A stretch of 64,000 nt of DNA, from assembly GCF_009914755.1 (NCBI RefSeq), contig NC_060941.1, one strand, 5' to 3'. A program made the position numbers and the translations under genes. Below the pieces are notes generated by a model. It worked only from the letters and a program-made list of their open reading frames with translations, ran no database searches and was not told the origin of the DNA. The stretch's first letter is position 1, and each line of letters opens with the position of its first letter. This DNA comes from the human T2T-CHM13v2.0 reference genome, Homo sapiens. Positions 61,420 through 64,000 of this stretch are shown here, in pieces.

Positions 61420-61815
61420 ATTATTCATGCATTCGTTCCTTCACTCCTCTACCTACTCATTTGTTCACTAGTTCATTCATTTAGTCTCAGAAATTCTCTT
61501 CCTATGTCTTTCACAATACCGGGCATTTGGTCAGCATTCCAGACGTGCAGAGAATGGTACAGACTCTGCACTCAAGTTACTCAGAAGCTAGCAGGGAAAA
61601 CAGCCAAGGAAATGTATCATTTTAGCACCATGGCATAGGCACTATGAGAATGTGCAGAAGTCATGTAAACACTGTGGCCCTCATCCATGTGGGGCTGTGT
61701 GCAAGGTTTGCAGGGGAAGGTGACACCCCATCTGAGTCTTGGTCAAACAAACTGGCTGGGAGCAAAAAGGAAAAAGCATTCCAGCCCACAGGACTTTGAA
61801 GAACAGTGCTGGCCC
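61420..61815 (-). mobile_element. L2 3' end (antisense)
   Basis: (CATT)n-like tail then degenerate L2 body. Confidence 0.55.
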
Positions 61816-62451
61816 TGTCCGTGGTGCTGACCCACAGGCCCAGCCTGGAGCCCAGTTTCAAGCTGAGATCAAGCCAGTCCCTGTTTCTCCCACCAACCTA
61901 CCCGCTCTAGGCTGGCACACAGGGGTGGGCTGGTGGGATGGAAGTGAGGTGGTATTTAGCTACATACTTCATTTTCATAATGACCTTCCCGTTTCTCCTC
62001 GCTTGTCAGTCTGTGACCATTAAATTCCTCATTAGCAAACGAGATTTGGATGAGCCCATTAAGATGAGGGATGGCCTCACAGTGCAGCTGCCTGGGGTGA
62101 GCTAGAACTCACCTTCTCCCTCCCTATTAGAAAACAATGCACCTCACATTCTGTGCACATTTCTCCAGGTCTACTACCTAGTCCACACAGGCCCCTTGGA
62201 GTTATTCAGAGGACCAGCTTAAGGGACGGCCAGGGCACAACAGAAAAGCAAACAGCAGGACAACTGTTTGCTCACACATATACCCAGAGCCACCCAATCA
62301 GGGTCTGGGCGTTTGCTGCTTCATGTTAAAGCTCAAATTCCCAAATGTGACGTTCAAACCCTTCCCAGTCCTCTCTCAGTCCACCTCTCCAGCCTCTTCT
62401 CCTATCCTCCCCAAGTGCCTCTGCATTTTGGCAATGACAGATGACCTGATG

Positions 62452-62984
<533 letters not shown>

Positions 62985-63223
62985 GTCTGCAGGCCTCTGA
63001 GCATGTCACGCCCTTGCATAGCCCCCTCGACCTTTAATGCTGTTCCCTCTGCCAGGTTCCACTCCTTCTTCCTGGAATGCCTCGCCAGTCCCTCTTCCCT
63101 GCCTGGTGAAAACCTAGACATTTGTTCAGGCCCCAGGGAGTCATCCAGCTCCCCATTCAGTGTTCCCACAGTGAAAGGGTCTTATGCCCTAGGCAGGACT
63201 TCTCGTCTTCTCTTCCACCTTAA

Positions 63224-63688
<465 letters not shown>

Positions 63689-64000
63689 TAGGGCCACCTG
63701 CTCTCTGGATTCTGCATACAACACCCCTTATGGCTTCCCTCAAATAATCACCCTTTGCCCCTGGTTTGCATAAAATCTCAGGCCAATCAACCACAAACCA
63801 GAGCATCTCTGAGTCTCAGTCCCAACCCCAGGATTGTCCCAGGATAGTCTAATCATCTGAGGCCATCAGGCAGGGTGTGGAGCTGGGAAAACAGCCCATC
63901 TCCCAGGCTGGAGGGCAAACTCCATCAGCACAGGGAACATGTTTCTTCATCTCTAAGAGAAGATCATGTTCTAGCTAAGAGAAGGTGCTTAGTAAATATT

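Overview
Primate (almost certainly human) euchromatic, non-coding DNA. No protein-coding exon, RNA gene, CpG-island promoter or prokaryote-type system can be supported; every ORF in the track falls in repeats, simple repeats or shows no recognisable protein signature. About half of the window is interspersed repeat: ~39 Alu copies (J, S and Y types, most with readable target-site duplications), an 8.5-kb nested old-L1 block (7.3-15.9 kb), a decayed ERVL provirus remnant with pol RNase H/integrase, polypurine tract and 3' LTR (41.4-45.2 kb), many solo MaLR/ERV LTRs (THE1, MST, MLT1, MLT2, MER31, LTR16/33-like), L2/MIR relics and DNA transposons (MER1A, MER20, MER63A, MER81, MER91, MADE1). Between them are several repeat-free AT-rich islands packed with homeodomain/PBX-HOX motifs that look like developmental enhancers (inference). 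The most notable sequence-level observations are: an Alu whose 5' junction carries locally templated inverted patches; a probable 3'-UTR retrocopy inside an L1; a perfect 95-bp tandem duplication; a 21-nt exact match to the MYC Myc-2345 G-quadruplex oligonucleotide; tightly spaced inverted Alu pairs and a collapsed inverted-Alu junction. Repeat subfamily names come from recalled consensus motifs, not from a RepeatMasker run, and boundaries are approximate. I found no convincing novel biological system.
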